Source: Polyangia bacterium
GTDB lineage: Bacteria; Myxococcota_A; Polyangia; JAAYKL01
Assembly: GCA_050287845.1 (NCBI GenBank)
Contig: JBNKCR010000058.1
Span: 1-36,416, forward strand
Length of the DNA: 36,416 nucleotides
Direction of reading: 5' to 3'
Shown here: piece by piece, positions 9,496 through 19,491 of the stretch
How the letters are laid out: each line of letters begins with the position of its first letter
Numbering within the stretch: position 1 is the stretch's first letter
Made by a program: the position numbers and the translations under genes
Notes under the pieces: model-generated
Told to the model about the DNA's origin: nothing
What the model saw: only the letters and a program-made list of their open reading frames with translations
Database searches by the model: none

Positions 9496-9533
9496 ATCCC
9501 CATCCCCGGTTGAAATCCCCATCCCGGGTTGGA
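9496..9533. repeat. 19-bp tandem direct repeat, candidate regulator site
   Basis: atccccatccccggttgaa / atccccatcccgggttgga (17/19 identical) in the long intergenic region upstream of the CBM11/OMP genes. Confidence 0.6.
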
Positions 9534-9582
9534 TTTGAAAGATATTAATATATGAAAACCGGACATTGCAACTCGCCGGGGG

Positions 9583-10338
9583 CTAGAGCGGCGATCCGAG
9601 AGTGATCAGCTCCCCCTGCCGAAGCGTCTTGATTTCAGAGGATGCACAGTCAAAATCATCCGAATAATGAATGAGACGCATCTTATTTTTCAGCGGTCGG
9701 GGCAGAGAAGCGAGTTTTTCATACGGGGTATGAGAACCCCCATTGGTTTCGTGAACAAACAGTTCCGCTTCGGCCAGCCATTCCACAAGCGACTCATCAT
9801 AAGATGTATCGGCACTGTATCCGAACATTCGGGTGCCGGCCCGGATGCGAAGGGCAAAGGTGGGCACGTGATGCATCGTTCGCCGACACTCAATCTGGTA
9901 CGGTCCAAATGTGGTTGGATGGTCGCTGTCCACGGTCACCGTGTCGAAGAAATCCTCAAATTGCCGTCTGGTTTCCGGGGGATCACAGGCGGGGGCCATG
10001 GTTCCTTCCAGATGCCATGGCCAAATATCGGACATCACTTCTCTGTGGGCCAGCAGGGTCAATTTTCGATCCTGCACATAGTGGCTGAAAAAACCGACCC
10101 CCTCCAGCCCACTCGCGTGATCCGCGTGCAGATGGGTGAGCACAATGGCATCGAGAGTTTCAATCCGAATATCGCATCCACTGCACTCAGCGGCCTCCCG
10201 CATGGATTTACGAATAGGGTGTGCACAATCTATCAGAATGGAACACCCGTTGTAATTCAGCCATAGTCCCGAAGAATAGTACTTTTCTGAAAATGCGTCT
10301 CCCACACCGATGGGGACAATTTTAAGCGTGCTGTTCAT
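9583..10338 (-). CDS. MBL-fold metallo-hydrolase (RNase Z-like)
   Basis: Motifs GVGDAFS, ILIDC, LTHLHADH, YSADT, FVHE and LIHYSD. Confidence 0.9.
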   Translation of the reverse strand: MNSTLKIVPIGVGDAFSEKYYSSGLWLNYNGCSILIDCAHPIRKSMREAAECSGCDIRIETLDAIVLTHLHADHASGLEGVGFFSHYVQDRKLTLLAHREVMSDIWPWHLEGTMAPACDPPETRRQFEDFFDTVTVDSDHPTTFGPYQIECRRTMHHVPTFALRIRAGTRMFGYSADTSYDESLVEWLAEAELFVHETNGGSHTPYEKLASLPRPLKNKMRLIHYSDDFDCASSEIKTLRQGELITLGSPL

Positions 10339-10417
10339 CCGTCCTCACTTCGAATCTATTATGTCTCGGGATAATAATAGTTGAACAACGGTCTTCGGGC
10401 AAATTTGTGCGGTCGGG

Positions 10418-11899
10418 TTATGCGAACTGGCGGCCTCTGCCGGTGTCTGCGACCTTCTCATTCGCTGGAAGTTCTTCTATCTGCACTGGCGCTGCGGATG
10501 GGGCATTGCCGTGCCTGTGGGCATGGCGCTGTTTGGCTTTCAGCAGCAGCATGGAAACGCGACTGAGAATACTCACATCATTGTCGCCACTGGTTTCAAT
10601 GGAGAGAAAATTCAACTCCGGGAACATGGCCAGCACCTTGGCCTGCACCCCGTCGGAGACGCCGGACGATGGCATGCAGCCAAACGGCTTGCTTGAAATG
10701 AACCCGTCCACCGCGTCTTCCTGCGCCAGATGAATGGCCTCTGCGATTTCCAGATTGCCCTCGCCGCCAAAAATCTCCGGATGATAGTGTTTTTTCGCCA
10801 GCTCCGCCAGCATCGCCATATCCATCAGTTCTGTACGGGCGCGAAAGGACTCCGGCTGGAGCGCCTTACAATATTTATCATAGAAATATTTTATCACGGC
10901 TGTGCTGGTCCGTTGCTTTTTAAGGGATTTTTTCCAGAGCTGAATTTCTTCCGAACTGGTGGCATAGCGGATGCCCCGGGTGGCTTCAACGGTGCGCCGC
11001 CAGTTGTCGTAAAGCGTTCGCTGGGTAAAACTGCCGGGAATCACCTCACAGCCTTCATCGGTGATAAACCGGCGCAGGTGATAATTTCCATCATTGTGCG
11101 CCAGGTTGGCGAAGAATTCACCGGTGACATAAATGAGGGGCAATTGCGTATCCCGCCGTGGAATGGCCGCAAACATCCGGCCAATCCGCTTCAACGCCCG
11201 GGGAAGCGCCCACAGATAAAATCGACTCTCAAATGCCTTTCGAATCATCTTATCGGCCTTATCCAGAGCCGCTTCCGCTTCCTGACGGTCGATGGCATAC
11301 GCGCGCAGTGCACACTCGGCTGCATGCATCAGATCTGCCAGAATCAGGGCGATTCCCAGGTTGATGCGGAAGGGCAAATCAAACTTGAACGCATGCTTTC
11401 CGGAACCGGGTGTTCTGCCGATATCAGACGAAAAAATAAGAACGCGAAAATCCTTGAAACCCGCCTCATTGGCCACTTTCAGATACTCCTGCGGATACAT
11501 GCCGTATCGGCAGGGTCCGCACTGGCCGCCGCCGCAAAGAAATATGTAGCGCTGGGCAATTTCCTCCCGGCTCAGTCCGGTTTCCTTTTCGATTTTCAGG
11601 AGATTTCGAATCATACTGCCGGAGGTGAAATACATGGGATTGCATTCCATCCGGTTGCCATACAGCTTGCCATAGGTCACATCTTCTTTGACGTGATCAC
11701 CCATGTCAATGAAGTTCATTTTCTTTCGATGAAAATACGCGGCCAGAAAGTACGATTTCCGGCGTTCGAGAAAATTGAACATTACCGTGACCTTTTTACG
11801 ATCTTTCTTCAGCCACGGTTTCATCTGATATCCTTCCCACTGTTCGGTCTGGACGAATTTTGGGGGACGGACATCCATATTCTGAATTTTATCTGTCAT
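10418..11899 (-). CDS. 2-hydroxyacyl-CoA dehydratase-like Fe-S subunit (PlsR-like)
   Basis: Cys motifs ECNPMYFTSG, QCGPCRYGMY and KPFGCMP; 6 bp downstream of the activase gene. Confidence 0.8.
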   Translation of the reverse strand: MTDKIQNMDVRPPKFVQTEQWEGYQMKPWLKKDRKKVTVMFNFLERRKSYFLAAYFHRKKMNFIDMGDHVKEDVTYGKLYGNRMECNPMYFTSGSMIRNLLKIEKETGLSREEIAQRYIFLCGGGQCGPCRYGMYPQEYLKVANEAGFKDFRVLIFSSDIGRTPGSGKHAFKFDLPFRINLGIALILADLMHAAECALRAYAIDRQEAEAALDKADKMIRKAFESRFYLWALPRALKRIGRMFAAIPRRDTQLPLIYVTGEFFANLAHNDGNYHLRRFITDEGCEVIPGSFTQRTLYDNWRRTVEATRGIRYATSSEEIQLWKKSLKKQRTSTAVIKYFYDKYCKALQPESFRARTELMDMAMLAELAKKHYHPEIFGGEGNLEIAEAIHLAQEDAVDGFISSKPFGCMPSSGVSDGVQAKVLAMFPELNFLSIETSGDNDVSILSRVSMLLLKAKQRHAHRHGNAPSAAPVQIEELPANEKVADTGRGRQFA

Positions 11900-11905
11900 T
11901 TAACT

Positions 11906-14900
11906 TCACATCACCCCGGTCTTCATCGTAACGGCTGCAGTGCGCGCCTTCAATTCCCGGTGTGCCTCTTCAAGGAAATATTCAATGGATTGAATCCGGA
12001 TTTTAATGGTGGACGCCGGTTTGTTCTGATCCATATCGTGAAACAGGAAGTGGGGGGTCTCAGACGCGTCCAGAATCCGATCCACATATGAGTAGGTTGG
12101 CGCGTCGTGTCCACATTTAAAGCTGCTCATATCCACCACCGCGAGATTGGGATGACGGGACGCAACTCGCGCCGCCCAGATTTTCACGTTGGTGTTGCGA
12201 TTGAAATTCCGCTGCCAGACGCTGCTGATATCATTGGCGCTACCGGGCAGATTCTGCTTGCCGAACAGGGGGACCAGAAACTGCTCGGTGACCGGCAGGG
12301 ATTCAATGCACAGCACCGGAAAGCCCGCCCGGGCAAACTCGTCGAGTATGCCGTGGTTCAGACCGCTGTCGTGGTGATAGGGATGCCCGATAAACAGAAT
12401 ACCAATGCGATCTTCGGCCACCAGCCGGTTAATGACTTCGGCCCCTTTCTGTCTCAATGCGCCCAGATACTCATCCATGGCCGCGTAGCCACATTCCGCA
12501 GCGTAACGGTTTTCCGCTTCACTCACCATCAACCGTTCCCTGAAATATTCGTACAGATTGCCCAGGGCTTCGGCCCGGCGATCCATGCGAATCAGCGGCT
12601 TCCAGTACTTCACATCTGAATCGGCAAAATGGTCCCGACCCCGGGTGAACGCCGCGTCGACCACTTCGGGGGTTCCCATCTGAATCACGCAGGCGTTGTT
12701 TCCCAGGGTGTTGTCCACCACCGATTCCAGATGGGTGAGCATGGGAAAGCAGATGTGGGTGACTTCGTCCTGCAGCATCAGGTTGTACACATGGGCCGGG
12801 GCGACCTTGGCCGGGAAACAGGGGTCGATGGATCCCCACTTGTTTCCTTTCGACCACAGTTGCTGGGAGGTAACATCGCTGTATTTCACTTTACCCACGC
12901 CCAGCGCACTGAAATAGGCATGGAAAAACGGCGCATAGAAAAACATGTTGAGGAGTCTGGGCATGCCCACTACCATCCGGCCCCGCTCTGCCAGCACCTC
13001 GGGCGTACAGAGGGGTGGTTCGTGGGGGGGAACGTCGTATGGGGAAAACACCAGCTCTTCCGCCAGCGCCACCAGATTCGGACTGTCCTTGAGGGTTTCC
13101 GATTTCCGTTCCCATGCCGTGCGCATTTCGGCCACACTCTCCGATGCGCCTTTTTCACAGGCGTACCCCGATATGTGCCGGACCTTCCGGCTGCCAGGCA
13201 CTGAGATATCAATAAACGTCCGGGTGCACCGGTTGGCACAGAAGTGGCATCGGGTGGTTTCATCATTTCTGGTCACAAACGATATATTCACCGCTTTGTG
13301 CAAACCGACAAAAGTACTGGTGGCACTTTCGGTACGGCTCTGGGCTTCAAACGCGGCACCGATGGCGCCGGCCACGTCCGCATACTGATGCACCCCCACC
13401 CACGCATCCGGCACCCGGCCTTTAATGAAATCCACCTGGGCTTTCACTGCGGCCAGATTCTTCTGGGTTCCGCCCTGGAGTAAAAACCGCTTGCCCAGTC
13501 TGGACAGGTTGGTTTCCTGTACCACGTAGGTCCAGATATTCTGTGGCAGCACCAGCGCCAGTCCGGCCATGATCTCATCCCGGGACCAGCCCAGTTGCTG
13601 AAAATTCACCTTGTCCTGTTCCATGAACACTGCGCAGCCGTAATTGAACGATGGCGCTTTTCGCACGGAAAATGCCCGTTCCGCGTACTGCTCGATGGGA
13701 ATGTTGAACTGATTGGCCATGGATTGCAGAAAATATCCGTTACCCGCACTGCACTGGGTGTTCAGCTTAATATCCACCACCCGGCCATGCTTCATGAACA
13801 TCACCTTGATGTCCTGTCCCCCCACGTCGCAGATAATATCCAAATCGCCGTAATATTTCTGGGCCGACCGGAGATGGGCCACGGTTTCCACCACCTGGCT
13901 GTCCAGAGAAAACGCCTTCATCAGAATGGAGGACGCATACCCGGTCACTCCAGCTTTCGCGATGTCAAACGTGATGCCATGCTTCCGCGCGTAGTCATTC
14001 ATCGTCCGGAACATCGAAATGACATCCACGATGGGGTTTCCCTTCGAGAGCACATAGTCCTTATAAATCAAATCGCCCTGTTCATTGACCATCGCCAGTT
14101 TTGAACTGGTGGACCCGCCGTCAATCCCCAGATATCCCCGCACCACGGCGCCGCGTTTGAATTCCGGCGGCGTAAAGGTGGGCACACTGTACTCGGTTTT
14201 AAATGACGCAACTTCTTCTGCGGACTGCACCAGCCCGGGCAACACGGTTCCCAGGGTGCCGGCGGATTGACTGTTATCGATCCAGCCGGCGAGTGCACTG
14301 GCGCCCCGGTACGGTTCCGGTGCCCTGCCCCCGTGCAGAATCGCATACGATTCGCGACCAAACCACACGGCGCCCATGGCGGCGAAATACTGGGCATCCG
14401 GCGGCACAATAATCAATTCTTCCATCGGTCGGCGCTTGGGGGTCCAGTGATGCAGTTTCCATATTTCGGGAATCTCTTTTCGCCAGATATCCACAAAGGC
14501 ATTGAAATAGGTGTGGGGGCCGCCCAGCAGCAGCACGTCATCGGCCAGCACATTGCCATGCAGCAGCACCTCAATATTCTGTTTCACAATGGCTGCGCAC
14601 AGGGAAACCACAATTTCATCTTCGGGCACACCGGCCTTGAGCAGCCCGATCACGTCGGTTTCGGCAAATACACCGCACTTGGCCGCAATGTGGTGAATGT
14701 TCTTTCCCCGGGCGGAAATGCGCGAAATGGCATCGGCGCTCAGGTGTACTTTTGAAAATATCTTATCGAGGGTGGCTCCGGTCCCGCCGGCGCATTTGTC
14801 ATTCATGTAGGAAAGCGTCGATTTCCGCCCGTGACGATCTTTTTTCCAGATAATGATTTTGGCATCCTGCCCACCCAGCTCCACCACAGAGCCCGCATTG

Positions 14901-15190
14901 GGATACCGCCTCTCAGTGGCCACGGTCACAGCGTTCACTTCCTGAACATGGATGGCGCCAATGCGCTCGGCGATGACCCGGCCGCCGGAACCCGTGGTGT
15001 ATGCCGTTACATGACTGTCTGGAAACATTGATTCAATGGTATTCAAATACTCCAATACCAGTTCCTGCTGATGCGCATTGTGCCTCTGGTACCGCTTCCA
15101 GAGTACTTCATTGTCTTCATTGATTACCACCACCTTCGCAGTAGTGGAGCCTACGTCCAGGCCAATCCAGATATTCGAATTCTCACTCAT
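11906..15190 (-). CDS. Double BadF/BadG/BcrA/BcrD ATPase (CoA activase) fused to a dehydratase-like domain (PlsA/Ger-like)
   Basis: Two ASKHA modules (GLDVGSTT..ELGGQDAK..MNDKCAGGTG..CGVF and GIDGGSTS..DVGGQDIK..TQCSAGNG..CAVF), plus CHFCANRC, CFPAK and SFKCGHD. Confidence 0.88.
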   Translation of the reverse strand: MSENSNIWIGLDVGSTTAKVVVINEDNEVLWKRYQRHNAHQQELVLEYLNTIESMFPDSHVTAYTTGSGGRVIAERIGAIHVQEVNAVTVATERRYPNAGSVVELGGQDAKIIIWKKDRHGRKSTLSYMNDKCAGGTGATLDKIFSKVHLSADAISRISARGKNIHHIAAKCGVFAETDVIGLLKAGVPEDEIVVSLCAAIVKQNIEVLLHGNVLADDVLLLGGPHTYFNAFVDIWRKEIPEIWKLHHWTPKRRPMEELIIVPPDAQYFAAMGAVWFGRESYAILHGGRAPEPYRGASALAGWIDNSQSAGTLGTVLPGLVQSAEEVASFKTEYSVPTFTPPEFKRGAVVRGYLGIDGGSTSSKLAMVNEQGDLIYKDYVLSKGNPIVDVISMFRTMNDYARKHGITFDIAKAGVTGYASSILMKAFSLDSQVVETVAHLRSAQKYYGDLDIICDVGGQDIKVMFMKHGRVVDIKLNTQCSAGNGYFLQSMANQFNIPIEQYAERAFSVRKAPSFNYGCAVFMEQDKVNFQQLGWSRDEIMAGLALVLPQNIWTYVVQETNLSRLGKRFLLQGGTQKNLAAVKAQVDFIKGRVPDAWVGVHQYADVAGAIGAAFEAQSRTESATSTFVGLHKAVNISFVTRNDETTRCHFCANRCTRTFIDISVPGSRKVRHISGYACEKGASESVAEMRTAWERKSETLKDSPNLVALAEELVFSPYDVPPHEPPLCTPEVLAERGRMVVGMPRLLNMFFYAPFFHAYFSALGVGKVKYSDVTSQQLWSKGNKWGSIDPCFPAKVAPAHVYNLMLQDEVTHICFPMLTHLESVVDNTLGNNACVIQMGTPEVVDAAFTRGRDHFADSDVKYWKPLIRMDRRAEALGNLYEYFRERLMVSEAENRYAAECGYAAMDEYLGALRQKGAEVINRLVAEDRIGILFIGHPYHHDSGLNHGILDEFARAGFPVLCIESLPVTEQFLVPLFGKQNLPGSANDISSVWQRNFNRNTNVKIWAARVASRHPNLAVVDMSSFKCGHDAPTYSYVDRILDASETPHFLFHDMDQNKPASTIKIRIQSIEYFLEEAHRELKARTAAVTMKTGVM

Positions 15191-15520
15191 GAACACGTAT
15201 CCCGATAGTTACAAAACTGTTTCAACAAAACAGGGGGGGTTACACACATTTCCCTTTTACCGCTTCTGCTTTTAAAGGATTTTATAAGCAATTAAAAAGA
15301 AATTCTTAATCCTGCGCCCTTGTAATTTCCATAATTTCCATATTATACCACCACGTTTAAACCCAACCCGAACAAATCATGAGAAAAAAGTTGATCCCGG
15401 CGATTTTTGAGGGAAACCTCAACGCGGTGTGGTAAAGCGCGGTGAATTTTTGAACCACGCGGCGGGATTGGTTCCCATGTGCGCAGAACCGTTCGCCCAC
15501 TCACTTGAAGGAGAAAAAAA

Positions 15521-16540
15521 TTGTACATTGAAAAATTAATGGAAAGAGGCGCGGAATTTCTTGGATGTCGATATCCCATCATGTGCGGCGCCATGACATG
15601 GGTCAGTGATGCGAAACTGGTCACCGCAGTGGGAAAGGCCGGCGGTTTCGGTCTGCTGGCCGGCGGCAACGCACCCGTGGATGTGTTTGAAGCGGAAATT
15701 CAGAAGACCAGAGAACTCTCCGAGTATCCTTTTGGCGTGAATCTGATCACGGTGGCACCCAATTATAAGTCCCACCTCGAGATGGTGCTCAATGCCAATT
15801 GTGACGTTGTGGTGTTTGCCGGATCCATCCCCAGAGCCAAAGAAATTGAGCAGGTGAAAAAATCCGGGACCAAGGTCATCTGTTTCGCGGCCACCGAAGC
15901 GCTGGCCTATAAGATGGTGACCCAGGGGGCAGATGCGCTGGTGCTGGAGGGATCGGAAGCAGGCGGCCACATCGGCCCGGTATCCCTGACGGTTCTGTTG
16001 CAGCAGATTCTGTTTAAAATCGACAAGGTTCCGATATTTGTGGCCGGAGGCATCGCCACCGGCAAGATGATGGCCCATCTGCTGGCCATGGGCGCAGCCG
16101 GCGTACAGATGGGCACCCGGTTCGTGATGAGCAAGGAATGCACGGTCCACTACAAATTCAAGGAGCAGTTCATCAGAGCCAAAGCCAGAGACGCCATCGC
16201 CACTCCAGCATTCGACAGCCGCCTTCCGGTTATTCCGGTGCGGGCACTGAAAAACGAAGGGACCAACGTCTTCGCCAGGCTGCAGCTGGAGTTGATTCAG
16301 AAACTGGAGAGCAATCAGATTGACCGCGAAGAGGCCCAGTACGAAGTGGAACGTTTCTGGATGGGCGCACTGAAGCGCGCCGTGTCCGACGGCGATGTGG
16401 CGGGGGGGTCATTGATGGCCGGACAGGCCGTGGGACTGGTGGACGAAGTGATGCCCATCGAAGAAATCATGTTCGAACTGGTCAACGAAGGCGACCAGGC
16501 CCTGGCCGAAATCAAAAAGCAGCTGTGCAATTGCGACTGA
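15521..16540 (+). CDS. FabK-like enoyl-ACP reductase / nitronate monooxygenase family flavoprotein
   Basis: Motifs YPIMCGAM, AGGFGLL, PFGVNL, EGSEAGGHIG, AGGIATG, GVQMGTRF and MAGQAVGL; aaggag RBS before the TTG start. Confidence 0.88.
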   Translation: MYIEKLMERGAEFLGCRYPIMCGAMTWVSDAKLVTAVGKAGGFGLLAGGNAPVDVFEAEIQKTRELSEYPFGVNLITVAPNYKSHLEMVLNANCDVVVFAGSIPRAKEIEQVKKSGTKVICFAATEALAYKMVTQGADALVLEGSEAGGHIGPVSLTVLLQQILFKIDKVPIFVAGGIATGKMMAHLLAMGAAGVQMGTRFVMSKECTVHYKFKEQFIRAKARDAIATPAFDSRLPVIPVRALKNEGTNVFARLQLELIQKLESNQIDREEAQYEVERFWMGALKRAVSDGDVAGGSLMAGQAVGLVDEVMPIEEIMFELVNEGDQALAEIKKQLCNCD

Positions 16541-16541
16541 A

Positions 16542-17390
16542 TCATTCGGTTCGCAGAATATGTACACCCACGTCTGCCGGGGGCGCCGCGTACATCCACG
16601 ACGACACCAGGACGTCCGCTCCGGCTCTTGCGTATGCTTCGGCGGTGCCACCGTGAATTCCCCCGGCCGCGATCATGCCCACCTGTGTATTCACCCGCCT
16701 GCATTCCGCAGCACAATCGGCGAACTCATCCACCGACATTTTGTCGAGCTGCACAAAGTTTGCGCCCGATCTGGCCGCGGTCAACGCCTCCAGCGGCGAG
16801 TGGGCCTCCACCACAACCATCCGTTCCTTCTGTTGTTTTCGGATGGTCTGCACAATGGCGGGCAGCTGTTCGTATCCCCCGAGAAACGTCAGGTGTTCCT
16901 GAAAAATCAACACCGTATCTGACAGACTGGTGCGATGGGGCACGCCGCCCCCCGCATACAGAGCCTTGAGTGCCATTTTTTTGGCAAAGGGCGAATGCTT
17001 CCTGGAACCGGCCACGGTGGTATCCGGGTTTCCTTTTTTGGCGGCGTCCACCAGCTGTCGGGTTCGGGTGGCAATGCCCGAGGCAAACTCCACAAAAATG
17101 CCCGATGCGCGCCACGCCATGTGAATCGACGCCGCATTTCCCACCGCTTCGAGCACCGCGTCTCCCGGTTCGCAAAGGGTTCCGGAAGGAATGCAATGTT
17201 CCACCACAAGTCCTGCCTTTTCACAGATTCGAGCCGCTTCTTCTGTGCCGCAAATCACCAGTTTTTCCCGTGCGGCAATGGTCAGCTGTCCGGTTTCCCG
17301 GTGAAGCCCCAGCAACGCTGACGTTAAATCGCCCAGGGGCACATCATCTTCAATGAGTCTGTCTATCTCCTGATCAGTAAAGCGAATCAT
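16542..17390 (-). CDS. modD: ModD protein (NadC/QPRTase-like)
   Basis: Motifs IDRLIEDDVPLGDLTS, SGIATRT, GSRKH, HRTSLSDTVLIFQEH, VQLDK and AAGGI. ggag RBS favours ATG 17390; 17402 is an alternative. Confidence 0.82.
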   Translation of the reverse strand: MIRFTDQEIDRLIEDDVPLGDLTSALLGLHRETGQLTIAAREKLVICGTEEAARICEKAGLVVEHCIPSGTLCEPGDAVLEAVGNAASIHMAWRASGIFVEFASGIATRTRQLVDAAKKGNPDTTVAGSRKHSPFAKKMALKALYAGGGVPHRTSLSDTVLIFQEHLTFLGGYEQLPAIVQTIRKQQKERMVVVEAHSPLEALTAARSGANFVQLDKMSVDEFADCAAECRRVNTQVGMIAAGGIHGGTAEAYARAGADVLVSSWMYAAPPADVGVHILRTE

Positions 17391-17439
17391 ATCGTTCTCC
17401 ATTTCCGTTCATGTCATTCCATTCACAGACGGTTTACAC

Positions 17440-17455
17440 AGCATGACCCATGCCA
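17440..17455 (-). promoter_or_regulatory. Sigma54 -24/-12 promoter of modD
   Basis: Minus strand TGGCATGGGTCATGCT has the correct GG-N10-GC spacing and lies about 50 nt upstream of the start. Confidence 0.7.
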
Positions 17456-17457
17456 TC

Positions 17458-17475
17458 TTTCATAATATTATGAAA
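17458..17475. promoter_or_regulatory. Perfect 18-bp palindrome, candidate operator
   Basis: TTTCATAATATTATGAAA is its own reverse complement and sits 2 nt from the sigma54 -24 element. Confidence 0.6.
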
Positions 17476-17591
17476 CTATAAGTATTCCGGCTGTCCCAGA
17501 TTCGCCTTGGAGTATCCCCAACCCACATCGGCGTAGAAATCCGCAGTGGTTGCCACATCCAGGTAACATTTTCAATGCGTCCACTGACCGG

Positions 17592-18041
17592 CTATTGGTC
17601 CCGGTTCAGCAGCTGCTCCACCAGTTCCGCAGCATCTTCCACGTAGCGGATACATTTGGTCTGAAAGACCCCATCTTCCCGGGCCTGCGCCATACCCGCG
17701 CTGGTACGCAAATCAATGCCGATCAGTTCTCTGCAGTGAATGGAGCCGTGCTTCTTTTCAAACACGCCGCAGAACTCCCGCACCAGCTGATACCCTCTGG
17801 CTTTCATCTCATCTTCGCCGTCAGCGGTTTTCGCATACTTCAGCCCAATGGTCATCAATGCGCCGGTCACCGCGCCACAGACATGTCCCATCAGTCCCAT
17901 CCCCGCACCGAATGACCCCGCCACCCGCAACGCATCTTTTTTCGACAACCCCATTTCCGGCGCAAATGTGCTGAGCACCGACTGGGCACAGTTGAATCCG
18001 CTGGCCATGGTATTTCTGGCAATTTCTTTTTTTTCGGTCAT
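17592..18041 (-). CDS. C_GCAxxG_C_C family putative redox-active protein
   Basis: Motifs GFNCAQSV, FGAGMG..VCGAVTG, GSIHCREL and KCIRYV. Start reassigned to MTEKK. Confidence 0.88.
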   Translation of the reverse strand: MTEKKEIARNTMASGFNCAQSVLSTFAPEMGLSKKDALRVAGSFGAGMGLMGHVCGAVTGALMTIGLKYAKTADGEDEMKARGYQLVREFCGVFEKKHGSIHCRELIGIDLRTSAGMAQAREDGVFQTKCIRYVEDAAELVEQLLNRDQ

Positions 18042-18218
18042 CCGTTCATTCCAGTTTTGGGCAGAATTGAAAACCCAGTTGTGTCCGCCCGCCATTCGGC
18101 GGAACGACGAATTTTCGGTCACATAAAAAGTCGGATACAGCGAACCTATCAGTTCCGGTGAAAAAGTCACATCGGAAAATATCCGGATTGCGGCGGTCAC
18201 ATCCGCGAATCTTTGTTG

Positions 18219-19298
18219 CTACCAACCCATGAATTGCCGACTGTAGCTTCGTAGAATCTTCTTCATCATATAGGCAATTCCCATGCTCACTCCAACCGTG
18301 AACGCTGATGAAACTGGCCAGAGAATAAAGAACGGCACACCCAGTTCCCGGCCGTCCTTTACCCCGTAAATGATCATCAGAACCCAGGCGTGAAGAAAAT
18401 AAATGCCGAAACTGGCCGTGGCCAGAAGCGAGAGCGCCTTCCAGTTCCGGTCTTCGAACCGATGCAGAAAAACCATCAGCGTGGGACATAGCACCGCTTT
18501 CTGCAGAAGGGCCCAATCGATACCGGCCAGCTCGAACGGTCGCTTGTTGTAATTGCCCATGTGGTTAAAAACAATGGTCTGAATGAGCAGAATGCCTGTC
18601 ACCAGCAACACGCCCCATATCTCTTTTCCCTTCGCCTTCCCGTACAGCCATTCCTTGTAATTGGAGCATGTTATCCCAAGGAGATAAATGGGCATGTAGT
18701 ACACCAGGGACTGAATCGGATTCAGGTTATCGACGGGTCGATGAAGCAGCAGAGAAACACCGAACAGCAGCAGCAGCACCGCCAGCTTCGGTCGCGCAGA
18801 CAAGTGAATGAACCGGATATGCAGCGGCGAAAGCACAAACATCAGCATGATGAAGGGAATATACCAATATGGAAAAAAGACTGCCCCGGTGACTACATAC
18901 TTTATCGCCGGTACCACCACGGCAAGGACAACCCCGTCACCCGTGGGCAGAAAGAATCCGCCATGTTCCGATTTTCTGCGCCAGATGAAATATGCTATCG
19001 GCAGAATGGACATGACCAGATAGGGTGAAAAAACATTTCGAATTTTGGAGAGCAGAAACTTCTGATACACAAAACGCTGAAAAAAAACATGGTGAAACAG
19101 AAAGCCCGAAATAAAAACGAAAAGACAGGACCCCCCAGCCGCCACAAGATTGAACACCAACTTCTTTGCCATGGTGTCTCCCCGCCAATCGGCCAGATTG
19201 AAACAATGCCCCGCCACAATCACGGTGATGGCAATACCACGGAAGTAATTGAATGAGTTGAGGAACGGCGCACGTCCCGCACCTGCAAAATCCGTCAT
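18219..19298 (-). CDS. Acyltransferase family 3 (OafA-like membrane O-acyltransferase)
   Basis: Motifs FRGIAITVIVAGH, FVFISGFL, YWYIPF and SFGIYFLH; about 10 TM segments. Start reassigned to MTDF. Confidence 0.9.
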   Translation of the reverse strand: MTDFAGAGRAPFLNSFNYFRGIAITVIVAGHCFNLADWRGDTMAKKLVFNLVAAGGSCLFVFISGFLFHHVFFQRFVYQKFLLSKIRNVFSPYLVMSILPIAYFIWRRKSEHGGFFLPTGDGVVLAVVVPAIKYVVTGAVFFPYWYIPFIMLMFVLSPLHIRFIHLSARPKLAVLLLLFGVSLLLHRPVDNLNPIQSLVYYMPIYLLGITCSNYKEWLYGKAKGKEIWGVLLVTGILLIQTIVFNHMGNYNKRPFELAGIDWALLQKAVLCPTLMVFLHRFEDRNWKALSLLATASFGIYFLHAWVLMIIYGVKDGRELGVPFFILWPVSSAFTVGVSMGIAYMMKKILRSYSRQFMGW

Positions 19299-19491
19299 GG
19301 CCCCCCCCTTTTCGTGCGACCTTCGAAAACCTCCGCCTGCACAACTTCTGTTTTCAGACTGCCTCTGTGAAATATTGAAGCCATCTTGCCTTTCAAATCG
19401 CGTAATTGCCGAATTTTCATTGCAGTTTGATTTCAGATACCGCGAAGATAACATTCCTCCAAAAAAATTTGAGTCATAAATTGTGAATTAT

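Noticed and set aside
9583..9597. ctagagcggcgatcc resembles the MITE terminal repeat
   Set aside because: It is the final codons (GSPL*) of the MBL gene and has no partner end nearby; likely chance.
15405..15500. GAAA-tetraloop hairpin and cgcgg repeats upstream of the FabK-like gene as a c-di-GMP or cobalamin riboswitch
   Set aside because: The conserved aptamer core sequences are not present.
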